Shown here one piece after another: positions 38,201 to 47,396 of a DNA stretch of 64,000 nucleotides; positions within the stretch are counted from its first letter, which is position 1, and every line of letters starts with the position of its first letter. The position numbers and the translations under genes were made by a program. Location of the stretch: contig CACYME010000005.1 of assembly GCA_902775475.1 (NCBI GenBank), forward strand, positions 29,642 through 93,641, in the 5' to 3' direction. The notes beneath the pieces were generated by a model. The model made no database searches, had not been told where the DNA came from, and worked only from the letters and a program-made list of their open reading frames with translations. This stretch comes from an uncultured Prevotellaceae bacterium. Lineage in GTDB: Bacteria; Bacteroidota; Bacteroidia; Bacteroidales; Bacteroidaceae.

Positions 38201-41200
38201 GCCCCTGCTGGGCAAGGTGTCACAAGAGAAAGCTGGCGACAAGGCTGGCGACAAGGCCGGCGGCAAAGATGGCAGCGGAGGAAAGAGTGGCAGCGGCGAC
38301 AAGGGCAAAGAAGAGGAGCACCAGGATACTGACATTGATTATTTCTGCCAGATCCGCAACATGACCGACCCGGAATCCGTCGAGACGTACTACACCTACG
38401 ACAACGATGGCAAGAAGATTGAGCACACTCGCAAGAAGTACTACGAGGAAAAGAACCGCTATGGCTACGTCTTCACCACCCAGAATGCCAGCAAGGCCAA
38501 GCTGGGCCTCAACTTCTATATTGCCGACATGACGCTCCTTGAAAAGCAGACCTACTTCCTCGTGGAGTCGGTTGACACCGTCATCAACAAGGAGGAGACG
38601 CAGTACACGCAGGTGGAGCTGTGCATGGCCGGCGACATCACCATAGCTGGAATCGACCAGCTGAACGGCACCAAGAGCGATAGCCAAAAGAGCAGCTTCG
38701 CCAAGCGCGTGGAGGAAATCAACAAGAGTCTGCCTCTGCCACTCAAGCTGCCCGGCATACACTTCGCTAAGATGCGCCTGTCGAACAAGGCGCTCAATGA
38801 CTGGAAGAATCTGGGCGTTGACTTAGAGAACACCCACCAGAAGGGCATCGAGGCACAAGAGAAATGGGAGCAGGATAACAAGAAGCTCTACGAGTTCAGC
38901 GCCGGCAAGGAAATCGCTTTAGGCAAGGAGTGCTACTTCAACTACGGCGAATGGTCGCTTGCATCGGCCGAAAAGAAGCTGGGCCCCTTCACCTTCACCC
39001 TGAAAGAGTTCAAACCCGACATGAAGGGCGATAGCATCATGCTCGACGTGGAAGGCCAGATAGGCCTCATGGACGGAAAGTTTGCCGTGGGAGCTGGCAT
39101 CAGGCTCCAAGCCATGGCCCACACCCAAGGCTCCATCTCCGATTGGTACGTCGACGATGGCGAAGTGAAGTTCAAGAGCTTCGAAATGAATGTCGACTGG
39201 GAGGTGTTCAAGTTCAGTGGCCGCCTTGACCTTGAAGACTCCGGCACCGACAAGGGCTATGGCGGCAACATCAACCTGGAAATCAAAGACCTCTTCAAAC
39301 TCGACGTTGCCGGCGGCTACTACAATCACAAGGGCATCTCGGAAGAAGAGAAGAAGACAAAGATTGCCGACGCCAAACTTCGCGCTGCCAAAGAAGACCA
39401 CAACGAGAACCTCTACAAGAAATATTACAATCCCGATGAGGACTTCTACTCATGGGGCTACTTCCTCGCCACCGTCGGCGGCCAAGGCCTCCGCATAGAC
39501 CCCATCGTCATCAACCGCATCACGGGCGGCTTCTTCTACAACTGCAATCCCGTCGTAGGGCAGAAGGATGCCAAGGGGCGTCCCTCCTATACTGGTAAGC
39601 CAACGGCAAAATACGGCACCATCGGCGTGGTGTTCGGAGTGGGCATCACAACGTCGGGCGGCGAGGAGACCATCCAGGGCGACTTCGACGTAGTGGTCAT
39701 CTACGACAAGAAGAACAGCCGCATGTCGCACTTCGAGTTCAATGGCGACATATCGGCAGTGGGCGACATCGTCCATGCCAAGGCCAGCATCATCTACGAG
39801 AACAACGACGCCGACCGATACTTCTGCATGAACCTCACCATGACCGTCGGCCTCGACTCCGATGCCATGGTGGAAAAGCTGGGAGTCATCAGCAATGAAC
39901 TGTCAGCCCTGAAGAACGAGCTGGATAAATTCCAAGGCTCCATCAGCAGTGTCGTGATGAAGAAGCCCAGTAAGGATGAGATGAAGGGCGACCTTGACAA
40001 AATGGAAAGCGACTACGGTAACAAGACGAAGAAAGCTGACGAAAACAAGACCGACGAGAAAGTGAGCAAAGGTGCCCAGAAGAGCACGGTATCCTACGGA
40101 AAGACCGACATCTACGTGGAGTTCAAGGTGACCTACCGTGAGAATGGCAGCGATACATACCCGACGAAGTGGCACCTCTACCTGGGCGAGCCCAAGAAGG
40201 AAAAGCGGTGCCTGTTCCAGACCATCGATTACAAGGACGAGAATGGCATTATTGCAGTAAACATCGGCTCCGACGCCTACCTCTGCGTGGGCAACGAGCT
40301 GCCCGGCAACGGACAGCTGCCCGACATCCCGGCAGAGATTACCGAATTCCTCAACGGCCACAAGAACTCAGCCGTCTCCACTGGCGCTGACATGTCGAAG
40401 GTGAACAATGCACGCTCGAAAGTCATCAAGGACATGTTGCAGAATGCTGGCACCAAGGGCGGTGTCATGGTGGGCGCCTCCACATGGGGCTTCGTCAATG
40501 TCGAACTCGGACTGTTCTACGGCTACATGAAGGCCATCGGCGGTTTCGACATCTCGCTCGTCAAATATGCCAACCCGCAGTATTGCGCCAACTACGGCGG
40601 CTACATGGGCATCAACAACTGGTATGCCATGGGACAGCTCTACGCTTACCTCGCTGCCAAGTTTGGACTTCACATCAAGCTGGGCAAGCTCATCGACGAG
40701 CACGTCGACCTGGTTGACGCCGGCATCGGCGGGCTGTTCAAGCTGGGACTGCCATCACCCACATGGATTGAGGGCCAGGCACGCGTGAAGGTGAGCCTAC
40801 TGGGTGGACTGGTGAAGGTCGACAAGGGCTTCAACTTCTCCGCCGGTAGCAAGTGCGTGCCCTTCAAGGGCAATGCCCTCGACGACTTTGCACTCTTTGG
40901 CGATTTTACCGTGGCCGACGACGACGTCAATGAAGGCTGGAAGAAAGAGAACGCCGTCAGCGTCAAGGATGCCAAGAACATCCAGTTCAGCACCTACGCC
41001 AACCTCGGCGAGCGCTACCGACTCTACGACCCCACCACGGGCGGTGAGCTCAGCGAAGAGACGGGCTACAGCGAGGATCAGATGAGCCTCTATGCCTCGC
41101 GCACCTACATCTTCGACATCAACAAAGCCCGCGTCTTGGAGGAGAACAAAAATGCGAATTATAACATAAGCCTCGGAGCAAGACTCTACGAAATACCATT

Positions 41201-44200
41201 GGATGCCGACATCATTGTCGACCGAAAAACTTACAATTACTATAAAAATGGAACATTTACTGGCAATGGCTTCAAAGGTGTCGTAAAGCCCAATGACGAC
41301 AATTTCTTGAAATATTTATACAAAAACGACAAAGGCGGTTTGTATTCTTGGAACAATGCCATCATGAGCCGCTGGATGAAAAATCAGAATCTGGACTGTC
41401 AGGAGAAAGAAATGAATGAAGATGACTTTGAAGGGGATGAGGCATTATGGAATGTGAGATACTGGAAAGGCTATAACTTAAAGCGCGAATCGGAAAGAGA
41501 GACATGGCATGATCACTATGATGGTGTGGAAGAAATGATTAAGCCCTTCCTCGTTGCAGACACTATGCAATACCAGATAATGCCTGGGTTTTATTTACCT
41601 CTCCTGGTTCCTGGCGGTGTGACCATCAAGGAAAGCACCGGGCGTAATTTCCACCTGACGCTGTCTAACCTTAAGCCAGGCAAGCTTTATATCCTGGAAC
41701 TGAACGGCCAGGCCTTCGAGGTGCTCAACGGCAAGCGTGTGTGGACGAAAATGACAGTGACGACCAAAAAGAAGGGCAAAGAAAAGATGCGCGAGGAATA
41801 CGTGCGCTGGGAGCAGAAGCGCCTGGTGTTCTTCCGCACGAAGACCGAGGCGGAGGAGCAGGAAGCTATCCCCAACAACCCAACCGACATCCAGCCATAC
41901 GTGGCACTGGCCTACCCCTCGGCACCTGGCAACAAGCTCTTCCAGACCAAGGCAGAAGGAGAGAAGAACAGGGCCAACATCGTAGACATCAAGCGTCCCA
42001 CCATCGCCTTGAACACCGACATACGCTCGAAACTCTCGAGCGGAAAGCTGGAATGGGTGCTACAGGGATATGCCTACAACTCCACCGGTACGAGAGCCAT
42101 CAAGCAACAAACGATAGAAAACGAATTCAAGGATGTCAGCGGCTGCGTGAACATGCAGCCCAAGAAGGATTTCGACCTCTCCTCATTGCAGAACACGTAT
42201 CCTGAACTTGATGACTTCCAAATCTTGCTGAAACACACCTATCCCGTCTACAAGGGAACGACCAAGGTGGCTGCATCGGGAGAGTCTATGGATGAATTGA
42301 CAGCAAGATATGCGGCCGTGCACGGAGAGGGAGCATTGTACGATTATATCATTAATTACTATAACAATCTTGTCAGCGACGAAGCGAAGCTTGACATGAG
42401 CGGAGCTACGCTTGACAAAAAGGAAGCGACTTGCTTTGGGATAATATTGGGATTATATTTGGCAGGTAGTCAGCAGGCCGTAAACGACCTTCAAACCAAT
42501 TTATTAAGCTTATTGGGTACTCGATTTGTTGACCAAGAAGTTTACAAAGACACCACCGTCTATCTGGCCAACATGTGGTTCAAGGGTTTGCCCGAAGCCT
42601 CCTGGCATTTGGGCAACAATGGCCCTACGGCTTACGAGAAGCAGTTTGTGGGCATCCGCCCGTTCAACACGCCAGAATTTACCTTTGGCGGCTGGAACCC
42701 TGACGATGACTACACCACAGGCAACCAAAGTGAAGAGAACGGACAGCCGATGAGAATTGCCGACCCCTACCTCTATTTCGCCTACCTGTCGAAACATGTG
42801 TTCATCGGCGACGTGGCACTCGACAAATACGATTTCGACGATGTGAAAGTGCCGCACGCCAGCGAATCGCTCACCTTCAGCTTCAATGGCCACGGCATCT
42901 CAGGCTCGCTCATCCCAGGCAGCAAATACCGCGACAAACGCATGTCAACGCTACGCGGAGAGATGTACGACACCTGGAGGAAAGCCTGGTACTATAAAAA
43001 CAACACCAACTACTCTGACTTGGTCTATCCGCTGCCCCTGTATCCGGACGAAGACTGGGGACTGACAAGCAACAACCAGACGTTCATCTCGCAACGATAC
43101 AATAAGTTCAACAACTGGGATGTCAATTATGTTGGCTCGGCCGTCAGGCGGAGCGATAAGACAAAGGACGGCAAAGGCGGCAAATACCTGGCTCAGCAGT
43201 TCACCGCACCTTACTACATCGCCGAGACTTTGAGTAGACAAATGGGAAAGATTGCCAACCAGATTTATAATATCTACAAATCATCTTCCGACAACAAGAC
43301 AGTGAACAAGGCTATGATTGCCTGGCAGAATCTGCATCGCGGTCAATATCTGTCGGTGAGCAGTTGCGGTTTTGAGGTGAAAGTGCCCTACTATCAGTTC
43401 CCGCTCATCTTCGGCGACTGTCTCAGCGGCGACCGCACGTTCAGCAAGTCCATCAAGGACAATGCCGACAACCTCATCACCAAGTTCAGGAACGACAGGA
43501 AGACGTCCAACCTGTACTTCTTCCGCCTGATGGGAGGAACGCCATTAGACAAATACGATAAGAAAAATTATCCCTACATCTACAATTCCTCTGGCAATGT
43601 AACACAAGATTTATTCAGTGCTTCCGCAGCATTAAAAACAGTAAAGAAATTCGACTACCTGGCCTATCGCGTCAACAGCTACGACCTGTCAACCAATCGG
43701 TATGAGTACAATACCGGCATTGGCAATAATGGCACGTACGCTGGGACATATCCCAATACTGACGTGAGCGTCACGCTTGTCGACAATAACAACAACAATA
43801 CTAATGGTTACTACATCAATATGGAGTATGCCATGCGCACGTTGGGCCAACCGGATGTCTACATCAACGGGGTTCCCAATCAGAATTGGGGCGATGGCAA
43901 CAGTGCCATAGTGACCGCTACCGCATTGTCCAACCTCTCCCGATGGATGCAGGACAACGTGCCCGACCTCTATGCCATCTATAAGGAAAGTAACAATGCC
44001 AACAAGATCAAGATGCTGCAGGAATGGGCCAAGGCAAACGACCCGACGCTGGGCAAGGAGAACAAGGCCCTACACGATATCATGTTATGGGACAAAAATG
44101 CGGTTTCTTATTATAAAGTACAAAACCAGATTAATCTGATATATGGCATGCCTGCTACTTACCCCGAATCGGAACCCAAATTCCCCAACACGCTCTTCAA

Positions 44201-44237
44201 AGACATCATCTCACATAAATATGGAATTATATGGTAA
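35202..44237 (+). CDS. Giant exported protein, 3011 aa, unknown function
   Basis: A single uninterrupted ORF starting 13 nt after the OMP stop. Signal peptide-like MMALALSFIIYHLSFSRAAAQD. Charged low-complexity linkers occur, such as EKAGDKAGDKAGGKDGSGGKSGSGDKGKEEEH at 38217-38335. No catalytic motif was recognised by eye. Confidence 0.8.
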   Translation: MAMNKKERIKSFCSMIKDSRWMMALALSFIIYHLSFSRAAAQDVTLQVTPVQSVLPPQAGKYIDNLGRYFRVTVINNTDAAQRIYFGVQVQQKFPNDVLWMSTNVETMHIPQQPIVLSPNQHKTLNSIELKHLFDHFDSHDIFVREGRYKNILDSEFGLLDEGQYELQLTAYKWDPELSSPVVLNNQTDGLALFNICYEAEAPTFISPIRSLVPDGLSDLAITKINKKQAQIRFEWTQPTLNCNATMVNYRYRIRFVELGSMMPDEAMEENTITFLEQRELLTNSYSIPTPYVAQMIADTAAYGKVYAMQVTAYTPYQNKNSLNVALIKNEGKSDIFLFQLYDPEKADRSVTKGEAKGSDVIAEDGGVLYRFEQPTLTSPQFPDNRSRLMFVGDSIKVEWRKAWFAGGKGERQDTVNFEYTVNLFKGNTADTREVILKTTKPFYTKTTKELKDTIRWKAIQSEIKSGDYCILRVTAKPTNKPDSIFKMQGDSLNFKDFAFTSHFDETYMCGRNTATVENKEPIAEKPKAGTRYKIGQWNLELIDEPSRPLEFDKEKKTLKGFGRIEWSVMKPKAYIAVKFDSLKVNTDGIVFDGICKTYAKSSQKVDGTEYTEEQIVDSLFSLASLDNIFGSLSIPKSVQDRVTGYAKDEATNLAKSYNLGKYYTQYKKAETTWENWQKGDLGDLYFPFEAPDEIKKYLPKDFSLQIGNMTFSPSYSVMNLIGAITLPNSDIFEDQNVLVFGAPRLCISPDRFFPEDGVLALLSNFVISDPSSDFKLVFKAPSDPLNPVTEDGCFIKWENDEFDALGMEIAMTIPNTTRVVDGKTQKDVPALLDLWTTIEAGGNACDFIAEGTMTPFQVNDLPDWTFTVGKKIVFDHHLERNGKNMPTLKTVEEWSNNTYDLKEVTNYKSWEAWQGVYIDEISVQFPKWAVIGNGEKGVTLGGQHMIFDASGVTAKFFAKDVLNAETGKCGGWKFTIDEANVQIVQNNFDNCSIKGGFGVPLLGKVSQEKAGDKAGDKAGGKDGSGGKSGSGDKGKEEEHQDTDIDYFCQIRNMTDPESVETYYTYDNDGKKIEHTRKKYYEEKNRYGYVFTTQNASKAKLGLNFYIADMTLLEKQTYFLVESVDTVINKEETQYTQVELCMAGDITIAGIDQLNGTKSDSQKSSFAKRVEEINKSLPLPLKLPGIHFAKMRLSNKALNDWKNLGVDLENTHQKGIEAQEKWEQDNKKLYEFSAGKEIALGKECYFNYGEWSLASAEKKLGPFTFTLKEFKPDMKGDSIMLDVEGQIGLMDGKFAVGAGIRLQAMAHTQGSISDWYVDDGEVKFKSFEMNVDWEVFKFSGRLDLEDSGTDKGYGGNINLEIKDLFKLDVAGGYYNHKGISEEEKKTKIADAKLRAAKEDHNENLYKKYYNPDEDFYSWGYFLATVGGQGLRIDPIVINRITGGFFYNCNPVVGQKDAKGRPSYTGKPTAKYGTIGVVFGVGITTSGGEETIQGDFDVVVIYDKKNSRMSHFEFNGDISAVGDIVHAKASIIYENNDADRYFCMNLTMTVGLDSDAMVEKLGVISNELSALKNELDKFQGSISSVVMKKPSKDEMKGDLDKMESDYGNKTKKADENKTDEKVSKGAQKSTVSYGKTDIYVEFKVTYRENGSDTYPTKWHLYLGEPKKEKRCLFQTIDYKDENGIIAVNIGSDAYLCVGNELPGNGQLPDIPAEITEFLNGHKNSAVSTGADMSKVNNARSKVIKDMLQNAGTKGGVMVGASTWGFVNVELGLFYGYMKAIGGFDISLVKYANPQYCANYGGYMGINNWYAMGQLYAYLAAKFGLHIKLGKLIDEHVDLVDAGIGGLFKLGLPSPTWIEGQARVKVSLLGGLVKVDKGFNFSAGSKCVPFKGNALDDFALFGDFTVADDDVNEGWKKENAVSVKDAKNIQFSTYANLGERYRLYDPTTGGELSEETGYSEDQMSLYASRTYIFDINKARVLEENKNANYNISLGARLYEIPLDADIIVDRKTYNYYKNGTFTGNGFKGVVKPNDDNFLKYLYKNDKGGLYSWNNAIMSRWMKNQNLDCQEKEMNEDDFEGDEALWNVRYWKGYNLKRESERETWHDHYDGVEEMIKPFLVADTMQYQIMPGFYLPLLVPGGVTIKESTGRNFHLTLSNLKPGKLYILELNGQAFEVLNGKRVWTKMTVTTKKKGKEKMREEYVRWEQKRLVFFRTKTEAEEQEAIPNNPTDIQPYVALAYPSAPGNKLFQTKAEGEKNRANIVDIKRPTIALNTDIRSKLSSGKLEWVLQGYAYNSTGTRAIKQQTIENEFKDVSGCVNMQPKKDFDLSSLQNTYPELDDFQILLKHTYPVYKGTTKVAASGESMDELTARYAAVHGEGALYDYIINYYNNLVSDEAKLDMSGATLDKKEATCFGIILGLYLAGSQQAVNDLQTNLLSLLGTRFVDQEVYKDTTVYLANMWFKGLPEASWHLGNNGPTAYEKQFVGIRPFNTPEFTFGGWNPDDDYTTGNQSEENGQPMRIADPYLYFAYLSKHVFIGDVALDKYDFDDVKVPHASESLTFSFNGHGISGSLIPGSKYRDKRMSTLRGEMYDTWRKAWYYKNNTNYSDLVYPLPLYPDEDWGLTSNNQTFISQRYNKFNNWDVNYVGSAVRRSDKTKDGKGGKYLAQQFTAPYYIAETLSRQMGKIANQIYNIYKSSSDNKTVNKAMIAWQNLHRGQYLSVSSCGFEVKVPYYQFPLIFGDCLSGDRTFSKSIKDNADNLITKFRNDRKTSNLYFFRLMGGTPLDKYDKKNYPYIYNSSGNVTQDLFSASAALKTVKKFDYLAYRVNSYDLSTNRYEYNTGIGNNGTYAGTYPNTDVSVTLVDNNNNNTNGYYINMEYAMRTLGQPDVYINGVPNQNWGDGNSAIVTATALSNLSRWMQDNVPDLYAIYKESNNANKIKMLQEWAKANDPTLGKENKALHDIMLWDKNAVSYYKVQNQINLIYGMPATYPESEPKFPNTLFKDIISHKYGIIW

Positions 44238-46540
44238 GCAATAAGAATATCCTCGTTGTTGGGGCCACGCTGCTCATGAGCGGCTCCACGGCCATGGCCC
44301 AGTCTACTGACAGCATTGCCAGCCCAGACATCCTGACGGTAGCCGACAGTACCCAGCATCGTCAGCTGGTCGACGCCGACACCATCATCTACCAGGAGCC
44401 ATCCATCATCACCACGAAGATTCGCGCCCTGGCCCGCACCTATGGCGACAGCATCGCGCTGCGGTGGGTGCCCGAAGACTACGTGTCATGGCGCTACCTC
44501 TGCCAGACGGGCGTCAACATCCTTCGCACGGAGAGCAACGCCGAGACCTTTGCCATCGACACGCTGGCCTATGCGCTGAAGCCCCTCAGCGAGGAAGCGT
44601 TCAGGGCGAAGTATGCGCCCAACGACAGCAACGCGCTGGTGGCTCAGGGCATCCTCTATGGCGAGGGTCGCCTGGGTGCCAACCAGACCGAGAACTTCCC
44701 TGGCTCCATGGGGGCTTCGATGGAATACAACAACGAGCAGGATCTCTCATTTGCCTTCGCCATGCTCGTGGCCGAATGGCGCCCCGACCTGGCCCGCGAC
44801 ATGGCCGTAGGCTTCCTCGACCGCACCGCGCAGCCCGGCAAGATGTACGACTACTACATCCAGCCCACGCAGTGGGACACCGACGGCCGCCTCATCTTCG
44901 AGCCTGGTGTGGCTGAGCGCGTGAGAAACCATGAATACACGCCCGACATCTTCGACCCTCGGATGGTAGACTCCATCTCCAGTCCGCGCCGCCACGTGCT
45001 GGGCTGGTGGGACGACAAGTACTCCACTTATGACATCTATCGTCGCCACGTGAGCGATGCCGATGGCAATCCCGTTGACGGGACGTGGAAGCGCATCAAC
45101 CAAAAGCCCTATCTCTCCATCATCGAGCTGCCAGAGGGCGACGACTACAAAGCCTACTCCGACTCCGTGCCCAGCTTCGGCGTCTACGAATACTTTGTTG
45201 TGGGCCACGACCCCTTCGGCACCGCCAACCCATCGCTCCACCATCTCAAGGTGAACGTCTACGACAACGAGCCGCCATCGGCACCACAGCTGAAGGGTAT
45301 CGTCGTCGACTACCCCGACGACGACATCCGCGGACGAACGCGGGCACACATCATCTGGGAGAAGGACACGATAGAGGGCGACCTACAGGGCTACGTGGTC
45401 AGATACTACAACGCGAAGATCAGCGGCGAGACTTGGATAGAGCTGAACGACAAGATGATTCCCCCGACGGACACGATGTTTGTGGCCGACGTCACCGGCC
45501 TGCGCACGGGCATGCTGCAGGTGGCGGCCTACGACCTGTCGGGCAACGAGGCCACGTCGTTTTCGCAGCTCATCGAGCTACACGACTTCAAGGCTCCCGC
45601 CCCCCCTGACTCACTAACGGCACAGGTGGTGGTGCCACAACTGACACCGCTCTACAAGAAAGAGATGAAGCATGCCTACGTCATCCTACGCTGGAAGCCC
45701 AACCCTGCCGACGACGACATCATGCACTACGACATCGCCTTCGCCAACGACACCACCCACGCCTTCCAGCGACTCAACGAGCAGTCCATCAACGCCCAGT
45801 GGTTCATCGACTCGCTGGCCCTCGACGCCAACCAGAAATACATCTACTACAAGGTGCGCGCCACCGACTATTCTACCAACGAGGGCGAGTGGAGCCCCTG
45901 GATTCAGGTGAAGCGCCCACACCTCACACCGCCCACACAGCCCCACTTGGAACGCTCGAACAACAGCGACGAGGAGGGCATCCACATGGAGTGGGTGATA
46001 GGAACTGATGCCGACATGGAGTATCACAAAGCCTTCCGCCGCCGTGGCGAGGTGGGTGAATGGGAGCTGATAGGCCGCTACGACCACGACTCGCTGACGG
46101 CCCACAGCTACACCATCGTCATCGACGACCGGCCAGAGTTCGACCGCCAGCAGCGCTACTACTACTACGTGGAGTCGTTCAACTCGTCGCCCTTCACCTC
46201 GAAGAGCCTCGCCGTGAGCTTCCTCTTCCAGGGCCCGAAGATATGGGACGTCAGCCTGAAACTCATCGGCGACTACGACGAGAAGACGAACCTGACGCGA
46301 CTGGTGTGGGACACGGGCAAGCTGCCCTTCGATGCCCCCTACTACTACTGCATCTACCGGCGAGCCGCTGGCGAGGAGCGCTATGAATACATGGGCAACG
46401 TGCCAGCTGACACACAGGAATTCACCGACCAGCGCCTGAAGCCGGGCGAGCAGGCCGAGTACTATGTGATGATACAGTGGCGCGACGGACGGCAGAGCAC
46501 ACTGTCGAATACCATCACGGTGAAGAGAAGTGAAAAGTGA
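44231..46540 (+). CDS. Exported protein made of repeated fibronectin-type-III-like modules (769 aa)
   Basis: The start overlaps the giant gene stop (ATGGTAA). Signal peptide NILVVGATLLMSGSTAMAQS. There are 4-5 repeats of a W..(D/P)..D..GY..Y......W......Y.Y.V.A.D..GNE pattern, e.g. AHIIWEKDTIEGDLQGYVVRYY...LQVAAYDLSGNEATS and YVILRWKPNP...IYYKVRATDYSTNEGEWS. Confidence 0.6.
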   Translation: MVSNKNILVVGATLLMSGSTAMAQSTDSIASPDILTVADSTQHRQLVDADTIIYQEPSIITTKIRALARTYGDSIALRWVPEDYVSWRYLCQTGVNILRTESNAETFAIDTLAYALKPLSEEAFRAKYAPNDSNALVAQGILYGEGRLGANQTENFPGSMGASMEYNNEQDLSFAFAMLVAEWRPDLARDMAVGFLDRTAQPGKMYDYYIQPTQWDTDGRLIFEPGVAERVRNHEYTPDIFDPRMVDSISSPRRHVLGWWDDKYSTYDIYRRHVSDADGNPVDGTWKRINQKPYLSIIELPEGDDYKAYSDSVPSFGVYEYFVVGHDPFGTANPSLHHLKVNVYDNEPPSAPQLKGIVVDYPDDDIRGRTRAHIIWEKDTIEGDLQGYVVRYYNAKISGETWIELNDKMIPPTDTMFVADVTGLRTGMLQVAAYDLSGNEATSFSQLIELHDFKAPAPPDSLTAQVVVPQLTPLYKKEMKHAYVILRWKPNPADDDIMHYDIAFANDTTHAFQRLNEQSINAQWFIDSLALDANQKYIYYKVRATDYSTNEGEWSPWIQVKRPHLTPPTQPHLERSNNSDEEGIHMEWVIGTDADMEYHKAFRRRGEVGEWELIGRYDHDSLTAHSYTIVIDDRPEFDRQQRYYYYVESFNSSPFTSKSLAVSFLFQGPKIWDVSLKLIGDYDEKTNLTRLVWDTGKLPFDAPYYYCIYRRAAGEERYEYMGNVPADTQEFTDQRLKPGEQAEYYVMIQWRDGRQSTLSNTITVKRSEK

Positions 46541-46581
46541 AGAGTGAAGATTTTGCTTCCGCTGAAAAAACGCAAAAGGAT

Positions 46582-47379
46582 ATGAAAAGGAGAATGTTTT
46601 GGCTTCAGAAGCGCTGGGCATCGTCACTCAGCCTGATAGCGATAAGTGCATTGTTGGTCGCCTGCGGCGAATACTGGGAGGGCGGCGAGCCCGTGGCTGC
46701 CCGGAAGATGACGCTGGGGCGAAAGGTGGTGAACATGGTGGTGGGCGACCGCTACCGCATTCCCGTCTTCTTCGAGCCCGACACGCTCTCGAACCGCGCC
46801 GTGTTCTGGCAGACGGAGGACAATGAGATAGCCCTGGTGGAGAACGACACGGTAGTAGCCGTCAACGTGGGCCTCACACGGGCCTACGCACTGAGCGTCA
46901 GCGACCGACAGACGGACTCATGCTGGGTGAACGTGTTGCCACCGATGTACATCAACTCTAAGCTGTACCCCTACGACATGGTCATCTATGCCGACGTCAC
47001 CATCCATGGCCACCACTACACCCAGGCCGACGAAGACTCGCTCATCATCGCCGCCTACTCTGGCGATGACCTGCGGGGCATCGGCAAGATGCGCCAGTGG
47101 AACGACAAAGACTACATGGAGCTGCGCATCTGGAGCCCCATCCGCTATGGCGGCGAAGTGCAGCTGCGCTGCTACTACCGGGGCAAGGCCCTGGCCGAGG
47201 TATTCCCCGACGTGCTGGAGTTCGACGGCGACGCTCACGGCACGCTCTCGAACCTCTACCCGCTGGTGCTCGACAACAACGCCGAGGAATACCTGCCCGC
47301 CATCGACCCCGACGACTACGACCCCTACCACGAAGATGGCGATACCATCCATGTGGTCATAACCGACCCAGAACCTTAA
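46582..47379 (+). CDS. Lipoprotein with a Big_2-like Ig domain and one copy of the FxGDECRG-type module (265 aa)
   Basis: Lipobox MKRRMFWLQKRWASSLSLIAISALLVAC. Big_2-like segment VVNMVVGDRYRIPVFFEPDTLSNRAVFWQTEDNEIALVENDTVVAVNVGLTRAYAL. Module is LIIAAYSGDDLRGIG...MELRIWSPIRYGGEVQLRCYY. An alternative GTG start at 46537 would overlap the upstream stop. Confidence 0.65.
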   Translation: MKRRMFWLQKRWASSLSLIAISALLVACGEYWEGGEPVAARKMTLGRKVVNMVVGDRYRIPVFFEPDTLSNRAVFWQTEDNEIALVENDTVVAVNVGLTRAYALSVSDRQTDSCWVNVLPPMYINSKLYPYDMVIYADVTIHGHHYTQADEDSLIIAAYSGDDLRGIGKMRQWNDKDYMELRIWSPIRYGGEVQLRCYYRGKALAEVFPDVLEFDGDAHGTLSNLYPLVLDNNAEEYLPAIDPDDYDPYHEDGDTIHVVITDPEP

Positions 47380-47396
47380 AAAAAAGCATAACCATT

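Noticed and set aside
47097-47396. N-terminal 100 codons of the 911-aa ORF 47097..49832
   Set aside because: They overlap the 3' end of the preceding gene in another frame and are Arg/Pro/Ala-rich. A lipoprotein signal peptide (MKTIISRLCCFIGLTAMMASC) starts at ATG 47397, 17 nt after the upstream stop.
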